DNA from: Octopus bimaculoides
Lineage: Eukaryota
Assembly: GCF_001194135.2 (NCBI RefSeq)
Contig: NC_068992.1
Span: 32,311,689-32,357,980, forward strand
Length of the DNA: 46,292 bases
Direction: 5' to 3'
Below the pieces are notes generated by a model. It was not told the origin of the DNA and did not search any database. It saw only the letters and a program-made list of their open reading frames with translations. Numbering within the stretch: position 1 is the first letter of the stretch; each line of letters begins with the position of its first letter. Of this stretch, positions 11,601 through 24,657 are shown piece after piece. Position numbers and translations under genes: made by a program.

Positions 11601-13399
11601 CATTATTTCACTTGTAAATTCCATACTGGTTTTGCATTCATTTCCGCGAGTTGAAAAATGTTCTTAATGACATTTGTGGTATGTGCTACTATCTACTGTT
11701 GAATTTCAAATGATATGCTTTATAGTGAAATTTGCATGAAACCTATTAACAGAGATACTTTACATATATTTGAAATAGGAAACAGAACTGACTCAGTAAG
11801 AATGCTTTCAATTATCAATGGCATGGGAATTTATGTGACGTAAGTGAATATTTGAAGGATCAATGAACAATCATATATTCAGTAATAAAACACGAGTCCT
11901 GGGCATTCTTGCATTTAACGAAGAGCTTAACCACTTTTTGCAAAGAACAACTACGAAATTGCAACCAGCTGGAAACTGATAGCTACCGTATTGAAATTCT
12001 GGACTCGTTAATTTTTTTCTATGCCGACACATTCATATTGAAAATAAGTGCTGCTCTGAGGTGGTCGTACATTTTTCCTCTGAAGAAGAATTATGCAAAA
12101 TAACACTATGCTTGAACTTCAAACTTCATGGAAGCTCCACTAGGGGTTCGTTGATTGAGAGTGACTAGCAAATGAACATACACGCATGTATGCGTGTTTC
12201 TGAATGTCATGTTATTTTCATACTGTCGTTATTACTTCTTTCATATAAGGAATATTTTTTTTAATAGTGTCTGAATTTATTTTGCGTCAGCAAGTCGCAC
12301 TTAAATTTCGACTTGAGCAATCAACAATATAAACCAAGACTGATAATCACCCTTGTGCGCAGGTAATTATCTTTAAAATTCAAGTCATATATGAGCGATT
12401 ATCTCTCACATGAACTTGCCCATATCAGCATACATATATCTATGTACGCGTATGTATGTAAATTCATCAGTCAAAATGGAATTGTGAGGAAATAGTTTCC
12501 GACTAATTTTGTTCAAATTTACAATGGCAAATTCATTCGTTTATTAAAAGGACATTCCAAGACCATTGTTCATGCTGAATAATACACTTTAAATCTCGTT
12601 ATTTTCAGCTTGCCATCACATGGAATAGATTTTCATCAATAAGTACCTAAGTTTCAATTTTAAATTAATTGCAGTTCTTAAAATCCTGCGGCTGTTTGCA
12701 TCATAAATTTATCTGATTGGAAATCTGCCTAATATTCAGTTGTCAAATAATACGGCAATAAGAGTAGTCAGATCATTTTGAACAATACTATATTCTTAAA
12801 CATGGTGTACTGTAACTAGCTGCGACAGACCATCAGACCAAGAAATATATGGCAATACTTAGGTTCATTATTTTTTTTTAAACATGACTCATGATTTTTG
12901 CAAGTTATCAGTTATAGTCCGACCAAACTATGACTCTTTAGATGCTATTCCATAGTATTTTACTATATTATATGCATTTTCCAATTGTATCTGCAACAGA
13001 AAACAACTGTATGTTAAAGCTATACAAACACATGAACAAATCTGTATACATCGCATGTTTTTATATAAATGTTTGTTTAAAATATTTTGTTAATGTACAA
13101 ATTCATGTGATAACTGCTAGATGTACTTTCTAGATAAATAAATTGAACTAAGAGGAACAAATAAAATATGTACTAGAATATGCATTTTAAAACTTTATAA
13201 AGAAAATTATCTAGGTGCTATACGACCGGGTAATGTATATGCTACTGTTCAATGAGCGTTCGCCAATCTATTTTTTCTTATTTAGAGGCAAAAAAAGAAA
13301 AAGTAGAGAGCTGGTATGATGAAACAGAAAAGACATGCAGTAGCAAATTAGAAATATGATTTTTTTCTCGAGGAAAAGAAAGAAAACTTTGTTTATATG

Positions 13400-13790
13400 C
13401 GCCTGGCGTTGTTGTGCGGTAGGAAACTTGCTTCTCAACCACATATTTGCGGTTTCAGTCCCACTGAGTGGCATATTGGGCTAGGGTCTCCTGCTATAGC
13501 CTCGGGTCAACCAAAGCTTCGTGAGTGGATTTAGTAGACGGAAACTGAAAGAAGTCTGTCATATATGTGTGTGTGTGTGTGTGTTTTGTTCTTGAGTTTG
13601 TCCAACTATCACCACTTCACAACCAGTTTTCGTCCTCGTAACCTAGCAGTTCAGCAACCGAAACTGATAGAATAAGTATTAGGACATAAAAATAAGTCCT
13701 AGAGGGTTTTTTCTCGATTACAACCCCCACAATGCAGTGCTCCAGCATGGGCACAGTCAAATGACTCAATCAAAGGAATAAAAGAATAAA
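13400..13790 (+). mobile_element. tRNA-derived SINE (octopus OK/OR-like family)
   Basis: Degenerate tRNA-like head, conserved block GTGAGTGGATTTAGTAGACGGAAACTGAAAGAAG, internal (TG)n, and 3' GATAGAATAAGTA...GTGCTCCAGCATGG...AATAAAAGAATAAA. Homologous to 36262-36617 and 38490-38690. Confidence 0.8.
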
Positions 13791-14406
13791 GTATAAGCAC
13801 ATATGCACGCACACACACACAAACACACATGCATGCATACAGAGTCTCACTTACGCCTGCGCGCATATGTATATATATATAATAATGTGGTCAACGTTAT
13901 ATACAAAAATGTACCTTAATCCCCTGAGATTGCAGATACTATTTCTGAATCTCTTTGATTCTTTAAATGTGCTAACCTCCTGGTAATTAATCGATATTTA
14001 TTAATATATGATTAATTACCATATTTTATAATAGTGTATTACCCATTACCAATTTCTCATACTGGATATATACGACGCAGTAAATATTTTCTGCAGATAT
14101 ATTCCTGGAATTAGCGCGCCAAAGCAAAGACTTTTGAATTTTACCATTAAGCTGTAATTAGCAGAACCATATACACGCGCACTCATTGCGGTGGGTAACT
14201 TTGTATACGATTCTGATGATTGCGGTTACATTACAAATCAGGCTGAAGAGGAATAGACAATCGGTAAGATTTGTTAAATCCGGAACCGGTCCCTGTTTAA
14301 TAATGTGTTTTTTTAGGTGATTTTAAATGTCTTGCCCGCTTACGTTTTGGTATTCTGCTATATTTCATGTTGAGAACAATTTAGGTCTTAATAGACACAA
14401 GATGTG

Positions 14407-14546
14407 NNNNNNNNNNNNNNNNNNNNNNNNNNNNNNNNNNNNNNNNNNNNNNNNNNNNNNNNNNNNNNNNNNNNNNNNNNNNNNNNNNNNNNNNNNNNNN
14501 NNNNNNNNNNNNNNNNNNNNNNNNNNNNNNNNNNNNNNNNNNNNNN
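14407..14546. other. Assembly gap (N run)
   Basis: Run of n. Confidence 1.
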
Positions 14547-14562
14547 TATATATATACACACA

Positions 14563-15439
14563 CAGGGTGCGGTGAATAAACTCTGTCAATTACGCCAAAA
14601 TGAAAAAAAAATGACATATCATTTTAACAGATATATCTACCAAAAGTATATAAAAAATATCTAGAAATACAAAACAGCAAATCTATTCAAGAAAATCACC
14701 GCTGGTCTCTTCCTCGGCCTCCAGACGACTTCCGACTCTCTTGCAACTTTTCTGCGTGGTCACTTTGTTTAAGGTGGCGAATGCTACATATAATTCTTGC
14801 CTTGAGTTCATATTTTGTGTTAGAAGGAATTTTGTTGTTGTCTTTATCAATTGCCCCCCACACATAATAATCAACGAGGTTGCAAACTAGGGTGTTAGGT
14901 GGCCAGATGTTACGGGCGATGTGGTGGCAGAAATTGTCTGACAGCTATGACTGAGTTCTCCTGCTTTTGTGGAATGACTGAAAGTCTTATTGCCAGACAA
15001 AGTGTCCTCCAGCAGCCACCCTCTTGAACCAGGGCACCACTACCTCGTCTATCCACTGGATATAAAGCCTCCGTGTTGAGTCTGTGTCGGAAGACAAATG
15101 AAAGCATAACGTCGCCATAACTAGTCATCACTCCGAACACCATGATGCTGATTAAATGTTTGATATTTATCACTCTTAGTACATGCTCTCAAATTGCACT
15201 GTATTCAGATTGATACCCAAACACTCTCAAATGTTCGTACTGGAGATATCGGCGCGAATGCCAGGCAGTAGAGCGTGTCGCTTCCAAATTTCTGGCAGAG
15301 TGAATTACTTCATGGTGCTGTTTTTGTCGCAGACGGTGCCCAGGTGATCCTACTATAATTTGTAGTCGACGAAATCAAAAAGAAACAATGCGCGAAATTA
15401 ACAAATATAAACTGGTGACAATTTACCCAGTGTAGCCTG
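14563..15439 (-). mobile_element. Tc1/mariner (maT/DD37D-like) internally deleted copy with degenerate TIRs
   Basis: Pieces IKHLISIMVFGVMTSYGDVMLSFVF and FATLNKVTTQKSCKRVGSRLEAEEETSGDFLE. The termini CAGGGTGCGGTGAATAAACTCTGTCA and (reverse complement) CAGGCTACACTGGGTAAATTGTCA resemble each other. Confidence 0.82.
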
Positions 15440-15858
15440 TTTTGGTGTAAAGTGGCCTTTTGCCACTGTTGTATCTGTCTTTTGATGACGGATTGTCGCT
15501 CTGTCAGATATTGTTATATTCTGAAGTCGTCGAAAGAATGGTTCTATCTGGCACTGAACGACCCAAAGTCGTACAATGTTATCCTCAAAAGGTTGGATCG
15601 ATATAACGTCCACTCAGTATCAGAGTATAATTACTATATCAGTACAGACTCGACTATCAACACAGTCTACACGTACTCTCGACCTTTTGACCTTCCTGTC
15701 GACCGGCTACTGGTATATTTATAATGGCTAGTTACTACCGCTTTTGACCGGGATAGGTGTATATATATATATGTGTGTGTGTGTGAGCAATATCTATCTA
15801 TCAGCCGAAGAAACACAGCTGCAACGTCGAAGGCTCCTGAACAAGTTATTAAATATCC

Positions 15859-15903
15859 CACTCGTGAGGGGTTGATGCTAGAACGGCCGAAACAATTGTA
15901 GTG
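15859..15903 (+). ncRNA. Degenerate hammerhead-like motif, probable PLE pseudo-LTR end
   Basis: cac-TCGTGA-GGGGTT/gatgctag/AAC(gg)CC-GAA-ACAATTGT-A-gtg. It has a palindromic stem III, a GUA triplet and a cac/gtg stem I. The 5' core is damaged. Confidence 0.5.
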
Positions 15904-15959
15904 AATAACAGAAATCCTCGTATATTTCATCTTGTGTCTCATTCACCATAGATATGTGT

Positions 15960-15998
15960 GTTGTGCGCACGCGTATGTATGTATATATATATATACAC

Positions 15999-16042
<44 letters not shown>

Positions 16043-16335
16043 TTATACATTATGCATGTGTGTGTGAGTGCGTGTGTGTGCGCGGGGGTGCGTGTGTATC
16101 CTCCATTTACGCAAACGAGGTTTTACTTCAAAGTGTTTATAATGCATCATTCCCAGGAATTAAAGCTTGAAGAGAGCGATTAACATTTCTCTGTTTATGC
16201 TTACAAACACATACATACATTCACACACACACGGACGCACACGCATACACACACGGACGCACACGCTCACACACACGCACAAACATACATGCACACACGT
16301 GTACACACATGCACATACGAGCACATGCACAAATA
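15960..16335. repeat. Compound (TA)/(TG)/(CA) microsatellite tracts
   Basis: Direct reading. Confidence 0.9.
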
Positions 16336-19164
16336 TAAATATGCTTACACACTAACACAAAATGAAACAAAATAAGTATTAAATAATAACAAGCTTATAC
16401 GTTGATAATTATTCAGCGTAATAAACACGTCTAACAGGATGTCTTGTTTGAAATTATATCAATCTGTATTGGTTATAAATACTATGTGACAGGTGAAATC
16501 TGTAAATCTGAAGTTCACCACCGATTAATAATTTGGTGTATGTATGACAGAATATATCAGTAATGAAATAAAGAATGGAGAATCATAAACATATGAAACT
16601 TTATTTACTTACATGTGCTTCAGATATTTCAGTGAGCTGCATTCATTACTGTGGTTTGCTGTTGAATCGATCCATTAGCCGACCGATTTGACAAAAGACC
16701 TTTTTCAACATTCATCTCTCGAACAAATCTCCTCAGGGTCTTTAGAATATTTTTCTGATTTATTTTAGAAGATATACTCAATTAAAACGTGTGGGAGGGC
16801 GAAGCTGAAAATAAGCGTATCATATTTCCTCCGATTGCTTGCTATATTACTATATAGTAGGTTTTAACTCTTTAAGAGCAATATTGCTATTAGTTACTGT
16901 AAAGTAAAGTTCATGGAAAAAGTCTAAGAATAGAAGCTGCTTAATATCCATATTAATGGTTACTCGGCACAAGCTACGGACCTCGTGTGCATGCACATTT
17001 TACACCGAATCAGTGAAGAATTCCAAAGGAAGCTGGCGTCTCTGCTGGGATGGCGTTTTTTTTTTGTTTTTGTTTTCACAGTTTACAAATTTTGCAATGT
17101 AGCACTAGAGAGAAATAGAAACGTTTTTTTTTTCCAAAAAATAAAGTTACCCTCTATGTCATTGGAAAATGATAACTCAAAATGCAATTAATATTGGTCT
17201 ACAATTAGAAAACATCTATATTTATATGTAATTAATTATTATTTTTAATGATAATACTCCATATCAGTTTGGAGTCAGCATTGGTCGTCTCCTTCCTGCT
17301 CAAGAAGCAATATTATTTTTAGATTAATGCAGTTGCTATTCACTTCTTTAGCATATTCACATTTACACTTATATGAATTTGTTCTTATAAAGTGTACCGA
17401 GTGAATTGACTATATCTACATACATACTATTGAAAATTAACAGTATATAACACAAGATTGGCAGTAATGTGAACAGAGATCTTCCAGTCAATTTTTTTGC
17501 AGATTACCATATGAATCACGTATTCATTTGTAACCGGTGTGATTGAAACTAAAAGGGATTTACCTATCATTTCATCAAATTCAAACCTTCTGAAAGAACA
17601 GTTTTCCATAGCCTGGTTTGTCTGGTTCGCCGCTACTTCATAAGTTAGTACCTTGTCCAGTGAGCTATGTTCAAAATTTTAGCGGCTGCAGTACAGAATA
17701 TGTAATTACTTTTCAGATTTCTGTAAAATGTGCCCGAAAGTTAATCCTGATCTTTTGTGAGATCGATATTGGTAAGGTTACACGACGTGTTAGAAGTGTT
17801 CTCAATATTCAATGGCTACATGTGTGAGTTGATTTCTGGAGTTTAATATAATATATATATATATAATATAATAGATAAGAAATGTAAACATTATAGCAAG
17901 ATTTGTGATTTTTAATGACTACTGCTTGTTTTGAATGCAGTCTGCAGCACTTCGTCTTACATATGTTCAAACGTTCATAAATGCAAAGAACCCCATGTGA
18001 ATGAGCTAGATACTATTTCGTCAGTTATACAAAGCTTGTTCGAACAAGATCTTTGTAAATAACTCACTATATAATGATATTAACGATTTCTCTATAGAAC
18101 AACATGTTTGACCATATAATATCCAGGTAGTCTTTGCCCTCACATTACGCATAAACACAAATAAAAAGCAATGAATAATGTGTTTTCTTTATTTACTCCT
18201 GTATTTCGTGTTTAAAATATCTTAAAATAACAAACATGTATTTAGTGATCATCCTTCAATTTCGGAGATACATGTACTGTAAATTTGATTACTAGATTAT
18301 CTGTGTAATATTCGAAAGACGTATCAACACGCCGTGTATTCTTCAAACAAATCAACGTGCCACTGTGTAGTTTACAGATACACAAAATATATTTTTCATC
18401 TCTACATTTGGCCCCCTGTCTCTCCTAAGTAACTCTCAAGATTTGGTGAAAATACAAAAACTAGCGCACACGTACGTTCAGTTGGATTTACTCTGGTTGT
18501 TCGAAGCAGATATCGTAACAGATCTATATAAGCATTGAGTGGAAGGTGATATGGCTATCTAAAGCAAAGATATACAGATTCAACTTCACGTTATAATTTT
18601 GAACAATCACGGTAATCTATCTTGAAAGCTTGAGAAAAGCAGCGATTTTATAACTCTAATCAAATTCGACAGAGATATAATTAAAATATTTCCACATTTA
18701 CTACAAGGATACATTATATGATACATTATATATACCAAATTAATGATCTTGATTATTTCTAAAGTAATAAGTGTCAGTGCTCAACCTTGTAACTACAATT
18801 TCTGCTTCCCATTAAAATGTGATGTATTCCACAAGGTTATACAAAAGATTAAATACAACGTTTGAAAAATTTAAGGAGTTTATTTATTTTATTTGATATT
18901 TAAGTTTTTTCGAATAATTTTTAAAGAGCCATTTTTAAGAAGGAATTTGCATTTAAGTATGCATCGCTAAAATACATTGTTCACTCGTTACACATTCCAC
19001 AATTTCTGAACCTCGGTGGAAAAGAAATATTCCAAATCATATATTTCTCAAGAAATACCAAACAGTTTTAATATTACAAATTTTTTTTCAACAAGCAAAA
19101 ATGCTATTTAGAAATCTCTATAAGAGATGAAATTAGTAACTCTACTGGGAACTCAGTATGGCCG

Positions 19165-19790
19165 TTCTGTAGGAATCGATGCTACTATCGTCTTTAACCT
19201 GGGTAGGAGCTTCCTCCAGATGGTTATTGATGCAATCTGCACGAATAGCCCGAAGCCGTACGGCCTGGTGATCCGGTCGTCTGCTACAAGGTGGTAGGGG
19301 TTTACACCCTTGCAATATATATCGAGTACAGACTGCATCGCTACCCAACAAAAAAAGCTTTTCAAAGGGTTAAAAAGGGTAATAACGTCGATTCCTACGA
19401 AACAGATATTTTGATGTAGTGATAAACATTACTTCGCAGTATAGTTACTACTTTCATTACTTATAAAGACTTTCAACTATCTACTTTGCTTCTTTCAAGA
19501 TCAATGACGGATTATCCCTTAGTATTCTATATATTACGCGCTGGAGCGAATTTACTGTTACCTCTAGCGGACAGGTGTCCACCATTGAGTATGGGTTCAA
19601 ATAGACCGACACCGTATGCTCTTGTGGTCCCGTCGTCTGTTACAACATTAATAGGGGTTCGCGCACCTGCTTGCAATATCTACTGGATGCAGATTACACC
19701 GATAATGTGCTGGAGAAGGGTCCGCACAGGGTTAAAAACGGTGGTAATTGTCGATTCTTTCGGAATAGCAATATTGATGTGGCGATAGAC
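19165..19790. repeat. Two adjacent diverged copies of an unclassified ~300-bp element; the first carries a 31-bp inverted repeat
   Basis: 19169-19199 and 19368-19398 are inverted repeats (25/31 match). Blocks CGTCGTCTG, AGGGGTT, CTTGCAATAT, AGGGTTAAAAA and TGTCGATTC recur in the same order in 19620-19790. Confidence 0.6.
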
Positions 19791-20060
19791 ATAAACCTTT
19801 TTAAATTTTGGAGAAAATCACATATTACGATTTTTACACAATAGATGACTTCTTTGTCATCATGTCACCAACCTTCTTTCTTTATAAGAGTACTAAAAGT
19901 ATTATCATATGTGGGTGATGTCATATTCAGAAGCGTGTTGATCCAACTTTAGCATGAAACAAGCTCTACGGTGATGCTTATTTACATTTTGAAATCCTTC
20001 ATGCTAATATTAAGAGTTGATATTTGCTGATGGAGATACAAATAAGATGATTCACATTTG

Positions 20061-20104
<44 letters not shown>

Positions 20105-20106
<2 letters not shown>

Positions 20107-21230
20107 TTCCCTTTTATAGATGCAGGATTATACATGGATGTTGGCCTTATAGTTACCCGTAATATGAACGTCCATAAGTTAGTTTTAGGAAGAACGTTTT
20201 TACTTTCTTCCATAGAATGGGGCTTACGGATAACGATAGATGCTAACCTAAATAGAGTAGATTTTTTTAGATACTAACTTAGATTTTCATTTAGATAAAT
20301 TTAGACCCAGCCGTAAGACTACTAAAGAGCTATATTATATTAACAAAGAGTCAAATCATCCACTCATAATACTTAAGACTTTAGCTAGTAATTCTGGAAG
20401 GCGCATATCATCCATATCTTCAAACGAGACAGCATTTCAAAATGTCGCGCCTTCTCAGAATAAGGCATTAAGGAACAGCCGATTCTCGAAGAAGTTCCAG
20501 TATAGCCAAAGCAATACTAACAATAATAGAAGCCCTAAAACTAGAACTAGGAAAGTTTTGTAGTTTAATCTGGCATTTAACATTGCCAAAAAAAAAAAAC
20601 TAATATCAGTAGAGAATTCTTGAATCTAGTTTCTAAGCCCTTCCACGAAAACCTTAAGTTCTATAAATGTTTTAATAGGAGAACGCTGAAGGTTAGCTAT
20701 TCTTCTTGCAATAGCTTTGCGTTTTTAATTAAGAATCACAACACGAAAATTATTAGAAGAAAACACAGTGCCGGAAATAAGCAAAATAATTGTAATTTCA
20801 AAAATTAAAATTGCAGCCCGTTAAATGAAAATTGTCTTGAGAAATGAATATTTTATAGAGCTAAGGTACAAATAGGTGGCTCACAAGAATACAAGACACA
20901 TACAGAAGCTTCGGGAAATTCCTTTCAGACTAGATTATATTCCCGTCGAAATTCATTTTGATACCCCGAAAATAGGACAGCAACGAGTTTCGCTAAACAT
21001 GTCTGGTAAGTGAAAGAAAACGATACCCGCCTTTTCAAAATCAGCTGGACAACTTTGGAGAGAGCAGCACTATATAAGCATGGAGCATATAAATGCCTAA
21101 TGAGGGAAGTTTGTGCCTGACTGAAAAGCTCTTCATCCTGTTACAGGATAAATACGCATGGAACCAAAGACGGGAGCTTTTAAATCCCTACAGACACGCT
21201 ACGAGGTATAAAATGTCGAGTGAAAAAATA
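20105..21230 (+). mobile_element. Penelope-like element remnant: RT C-terminal half, linker and GIY-YIG endonuclease
   Basis: GLYMDVGL (20125; YxDD-like), GLRITIDANLNRVDF, YINKESNHP, RRISSISSNETAF, FNRRTLKVSYS..HNTKII, CSPLNENCL..IFYRAKV, NSF..ATSFAKHVW..ISW, LCLTEKLFIL (~21111) and NQRRELLNPYRH. Multiple stops and frameshifts. Confidence 0.88.
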
Positions 21231-21578
21231 CCGTATGGATAATATTGCCTTTCGCATATAAATTTAGATTTTAACTTAAAAACAGACATCATTTAGTATT
21301 ACATTCATTGTATATTTTTCAACTTACAGATGGTGCTGGCATGAGCTAATGAATTGGAAATTTTCGTCAGTTATTGAGTTTTCTGATTTAAATTTCGCCG
21401 AGGGTATAATTAAATTTATATTACACTAAATTATTACATTAAACAAAATTTTTAGCATTTATTTCATTTTATAATTGATATCATTCAATCTACACCGCTG
21501 AGGTTACACTATTTTTAATACGCCATACACCAGACAAGCAGTTTTAAATATATTCGTATGCGTAGATAAATTATGGTG

Positions 21579-21579
<1 letters not shown>

Positions 21580-21668
<89 letters not shown>
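21580..21668. repeat. (TA)n(TG)n microsatellite
   Basis: Direct reading. Confidence 0.95.
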
Positions 21669-21669
<1 letters not shown>

Positions 21670-22319
21670 GCAACGCTAATTGAAGCCACCTGGTCAAATG
21701 TTCTAGAACAACGAAGCGAATGTGTTTAGCTTCCCCTAAGCTAGCTAACAAGGCGTATCTACTAAAAGGCACATAGGAGGGCTTAGTAGCATATCACTTA
21801 TTGAAGAGCGTAACCAGAATGAATTTCCACTCTTTTTCTCTACGACGCCACAAGGTCAACGTCGGAAAGAGAACCAAGCACATGGATTCAATATTCATTT
21901 CATACCATAAACTCGCTATGGTATTCTACGCCTAGTGCCTGTGTGAAAATAATCCTTGTAGTTTGAATTCCTTCTTTTTTCTTATTGTCATCGTGGAAAA
22001 GGGCAAGATGTTCAGACCCTTTCGTTTCATACCAGATAACTTTTTTGGGCATCGTAGACTCACTATATAATTTCGTTTGTTACACATCTGAATAAAACCT
22101 TGGACACGAAGTGGTTCTTGTACAGACAAGAGTGTTGTTGTCGCTTACTGCATCAGAGGCATTTCACAGCCGTTGAATTAATGACTCAGTCCCAGTATTT
22201 AAGTGTTGACGTTTTCATTAGCGACATACCTCGCTGAATCCGCATTGAAACTGCCCGGTGTGTGGAATTTATCCATGGAATATTTCTTTGACCAACCAAT
22301 GATAGCTGTTACGACCGTT

Positions 22320-23590
22320 TTTTTTCCCCCGGCGAAAATGAGTAACATCACTCTGCCTCATTATCACGGCTGTCCTAAGATGTGGTTTGCACAGCTGGAA
22401 TCATATCCAATAACATTCAGTGGGCTCAACAGAGATTGCACATCGTATTGATTGGGATTCCTTCACCGTTAGCGCTCATCGCCAGAGACCTAATCAAAGA
22501 TATGGCACTAGATACTGCCTACGACAGTATAAAAGCAGAGATCCTTCGAAGGAATTCTAATCCTCCAAGAGTCGCTTTCGTCTGCTCTTGGAGGGTGACC
22601 ATTTGGGTGATAGAACCCCAAAAGGATTTTAACGCAGAGTTCGTCTGTTGGCAGAGGGCTCAAAATAAGAAAATTCATTCATGAAGGAACTGTTTCTCTC
22701 TCGGCTGCCATTCAATCTCCAGTCTATCTTATCGCCTAAGAAAGAGGGTAGCTAGCTTGAACAAATAGCTACGTCTGCAGCAAGATCCTGGAATTCTCCA
22801 GGTCTGCCTCGTTCACTGACAAATTAGCCTTCCTCTGTGTTTCCTTTCGTCTCCTGCTACAATTGATCTGATCACCATTGCTGCAGACCAGCCTTCCTTG
22901 GATTCGCTCGACATTTCTTTTGCTCAGTTTTCCTGCTGCAATTTTGAGTACTTGTCACTTCCGTGCTGAGGGGAATATCCTCTGTAAAGTTTCCGCTGGT
23001 ACACCCAGACCACCCGTTACTGATCCTCATCGCCGCACCATCTTCGACGCTCTGCATCCGTTGTCATATCCAGACATTCCTGCCACGGTGAAACTTATCA
23101 TGGCCCGATTCTTCTGACGTGATATGCGTCGTACAATCACAGCTTGGGCGCTTTCTTGATTGCAATGTCAGCACTACAAGGTGCATAGGACAGTTCAGTT
23201 AGCCGGACACTCGCTTCCGCCACATCCATATTGATCTCGTTGGTCCCTGGACCGTTAGTTCCGGTTTCACATACAATATTGACCTGTATTGATCGGTTCC
23301 TTCCAATGGCCAGAGGCCACACACCTGGTAGATATTACTGCTGAGTCTGAGACTGGAGCTCTCATCCCAAGTCAGATTGCTCAATTTGGCTTCTCCTCAA
23401 GTATCACCACTGACCATGGACACCAATTGTGTGAACTTTCACGGCTACTCAGTGTAAAACACATTCATACGACTAGTTATCTCTCAGCCACGAATGAAAT
23501 GGTAGAGAGATTGCATAGGCAGTTAAAGGCTGCTCTTCGCACTGCTCCGGGTCCACAGCGAAGGACCGAATTTCTTCCTCAAACATCTTT
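22320..23590 (+). mobile_element. Ty3/Gypsy LTR retrotransposon remnant (gag plus integrase)
   Basis: Gag-like ITLPHYHGCPKMWFAQLE..RDLIKDMALDTAYDSIKAEILRR. Integrase zinc-binding region RRTIFDALHPLSYPDIPATVKLIMARF..CQ, and core FGFSSSITTDHG..HTTSYLSATNEMVERLHRQLKAALR. Confidence 0.85.
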
Positions 23591-23860
23591 ACATGCTGCC
23601 ATATGTGTGTGTGTTTGTGTGTGTGTGTATACCTACATATACCTTAGTATATATATTCCTATTTATACTTTGCCTGTATATGTTTGTATATATGTACGTA
23701 TGCATGTTTCAAAGTTTCTATATTTTAGTGTACAAATGTATGTGTATATCTTTAGTGCCTGTATGTATAAGTGAATGTTATTTGTATTTGAATGACGTGT
23801 AATATTTTAATGGTGCTAGATTTATGTAGATGAATATTATTATAAACAAACGTACAGGTA

Positions 23861-24227
23861 TTACCTCCGCCTAAGCTAAGGTGGAGGTACTGCTTTCAGT
23901 CGTGTCCATTTGTTTTTTGTTTGACCGTGGTCAAGATATCTCAAGAACGACTGGTTGGATTTGGATGAAGTTTTCAAAGATGTTTGACCTCGTGACTGGT
24001 ACGAACTAATTAGGTTTTGGGATCGATCCGTTGCCGAACAGGAATTGTGGATTATTTTACCTGTTTTTTTACTTAATTTTTGAGAGGGTTTATTGTTATT
24101 CTTTTCGTTTGTGCAACCGTGGAGCTTATTTCAAATATTCTCGTTTTAAAAATCATCTCTGGCTAATCGTTGAGAGGAGGTTGGTGTTGGCTTGGTGGAG
24201 GTTTCCGCTATCTGAGTGCTATTGTTT
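23861..24227 (+). mobile_element. Non-autonomous Helentron/HINE-like element
   Basis: 5' TTACCTCCGCC-taagctaa-GGTGGAGG hairpin, a 3' sub-terminal inverted copy GGTGGAGG, then GCTATCTGAGTGC and a T-rich end. This is the layout of Helentron-associated elements. Confidence 0.55.
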
Positions 24228-24537
24228 TAATTAAATATAATTAACGATTAATTAATTTACTCTGGGTATGTATGTTTTTCCTTCTAACACGATTTAATCG
24301 TTTGATTTAAAGTTTTCTTCGATTTTACATTATTCTTAAATATTCTTATGTACATCACCGTTTCTTAGAAAATAAAAAAACCGTAAGTTGGAACGAAATC
24401 AATTTCAAATGTGCCTCTGTCAATGTAATGTGTACATTTATACGTATAACCTTAATTTTCTTCCATTATCAATCAAAGTTGTCCGACGAACTGGATAGTG
24501 AACATTTTTTGGCGATTTTTTGTGATGTATTGGTAGC

Positions 24538-24539
<2 letters not shown>

Positions 24540-24572
<33 letters not shown>

Positions 24573-24612
24573 CGATGATGATGATGATGTTAATAATAAT
24601 AATAATAATATA
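24540..24612. repeat. (GAT)n(AAT)n microsatellite
   Basis: Direct reading. Confidence 0.95.
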
Positions 24613-24657
24613 TAATAAACAGAAATGACGGTCATATATATTTATTTTTTATTAAGT

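Noticed and set aside
14213-14260. CTGATGA and CTGAAGA heptamers
   Set aside because: No GAAA or closing stems follow at suitable positions.
15452-15724. 90-aa Cys-containing ORF upstream of the 15859 motif as GIY-YIG or a host gene
   Set aside because: Only a vague CxxCL resemblance. The YIG and other motifs are not found.
17427-17680. Minus-strand open frame (..SLDKVLTYEVAANQTNQAMENCSFRRFEFDEMIG..) with possible AG/GT boundaries as a host exon
   Set aside because: No recognisable domain and no partner exons. RNA-seq or homology evidence would be needed.
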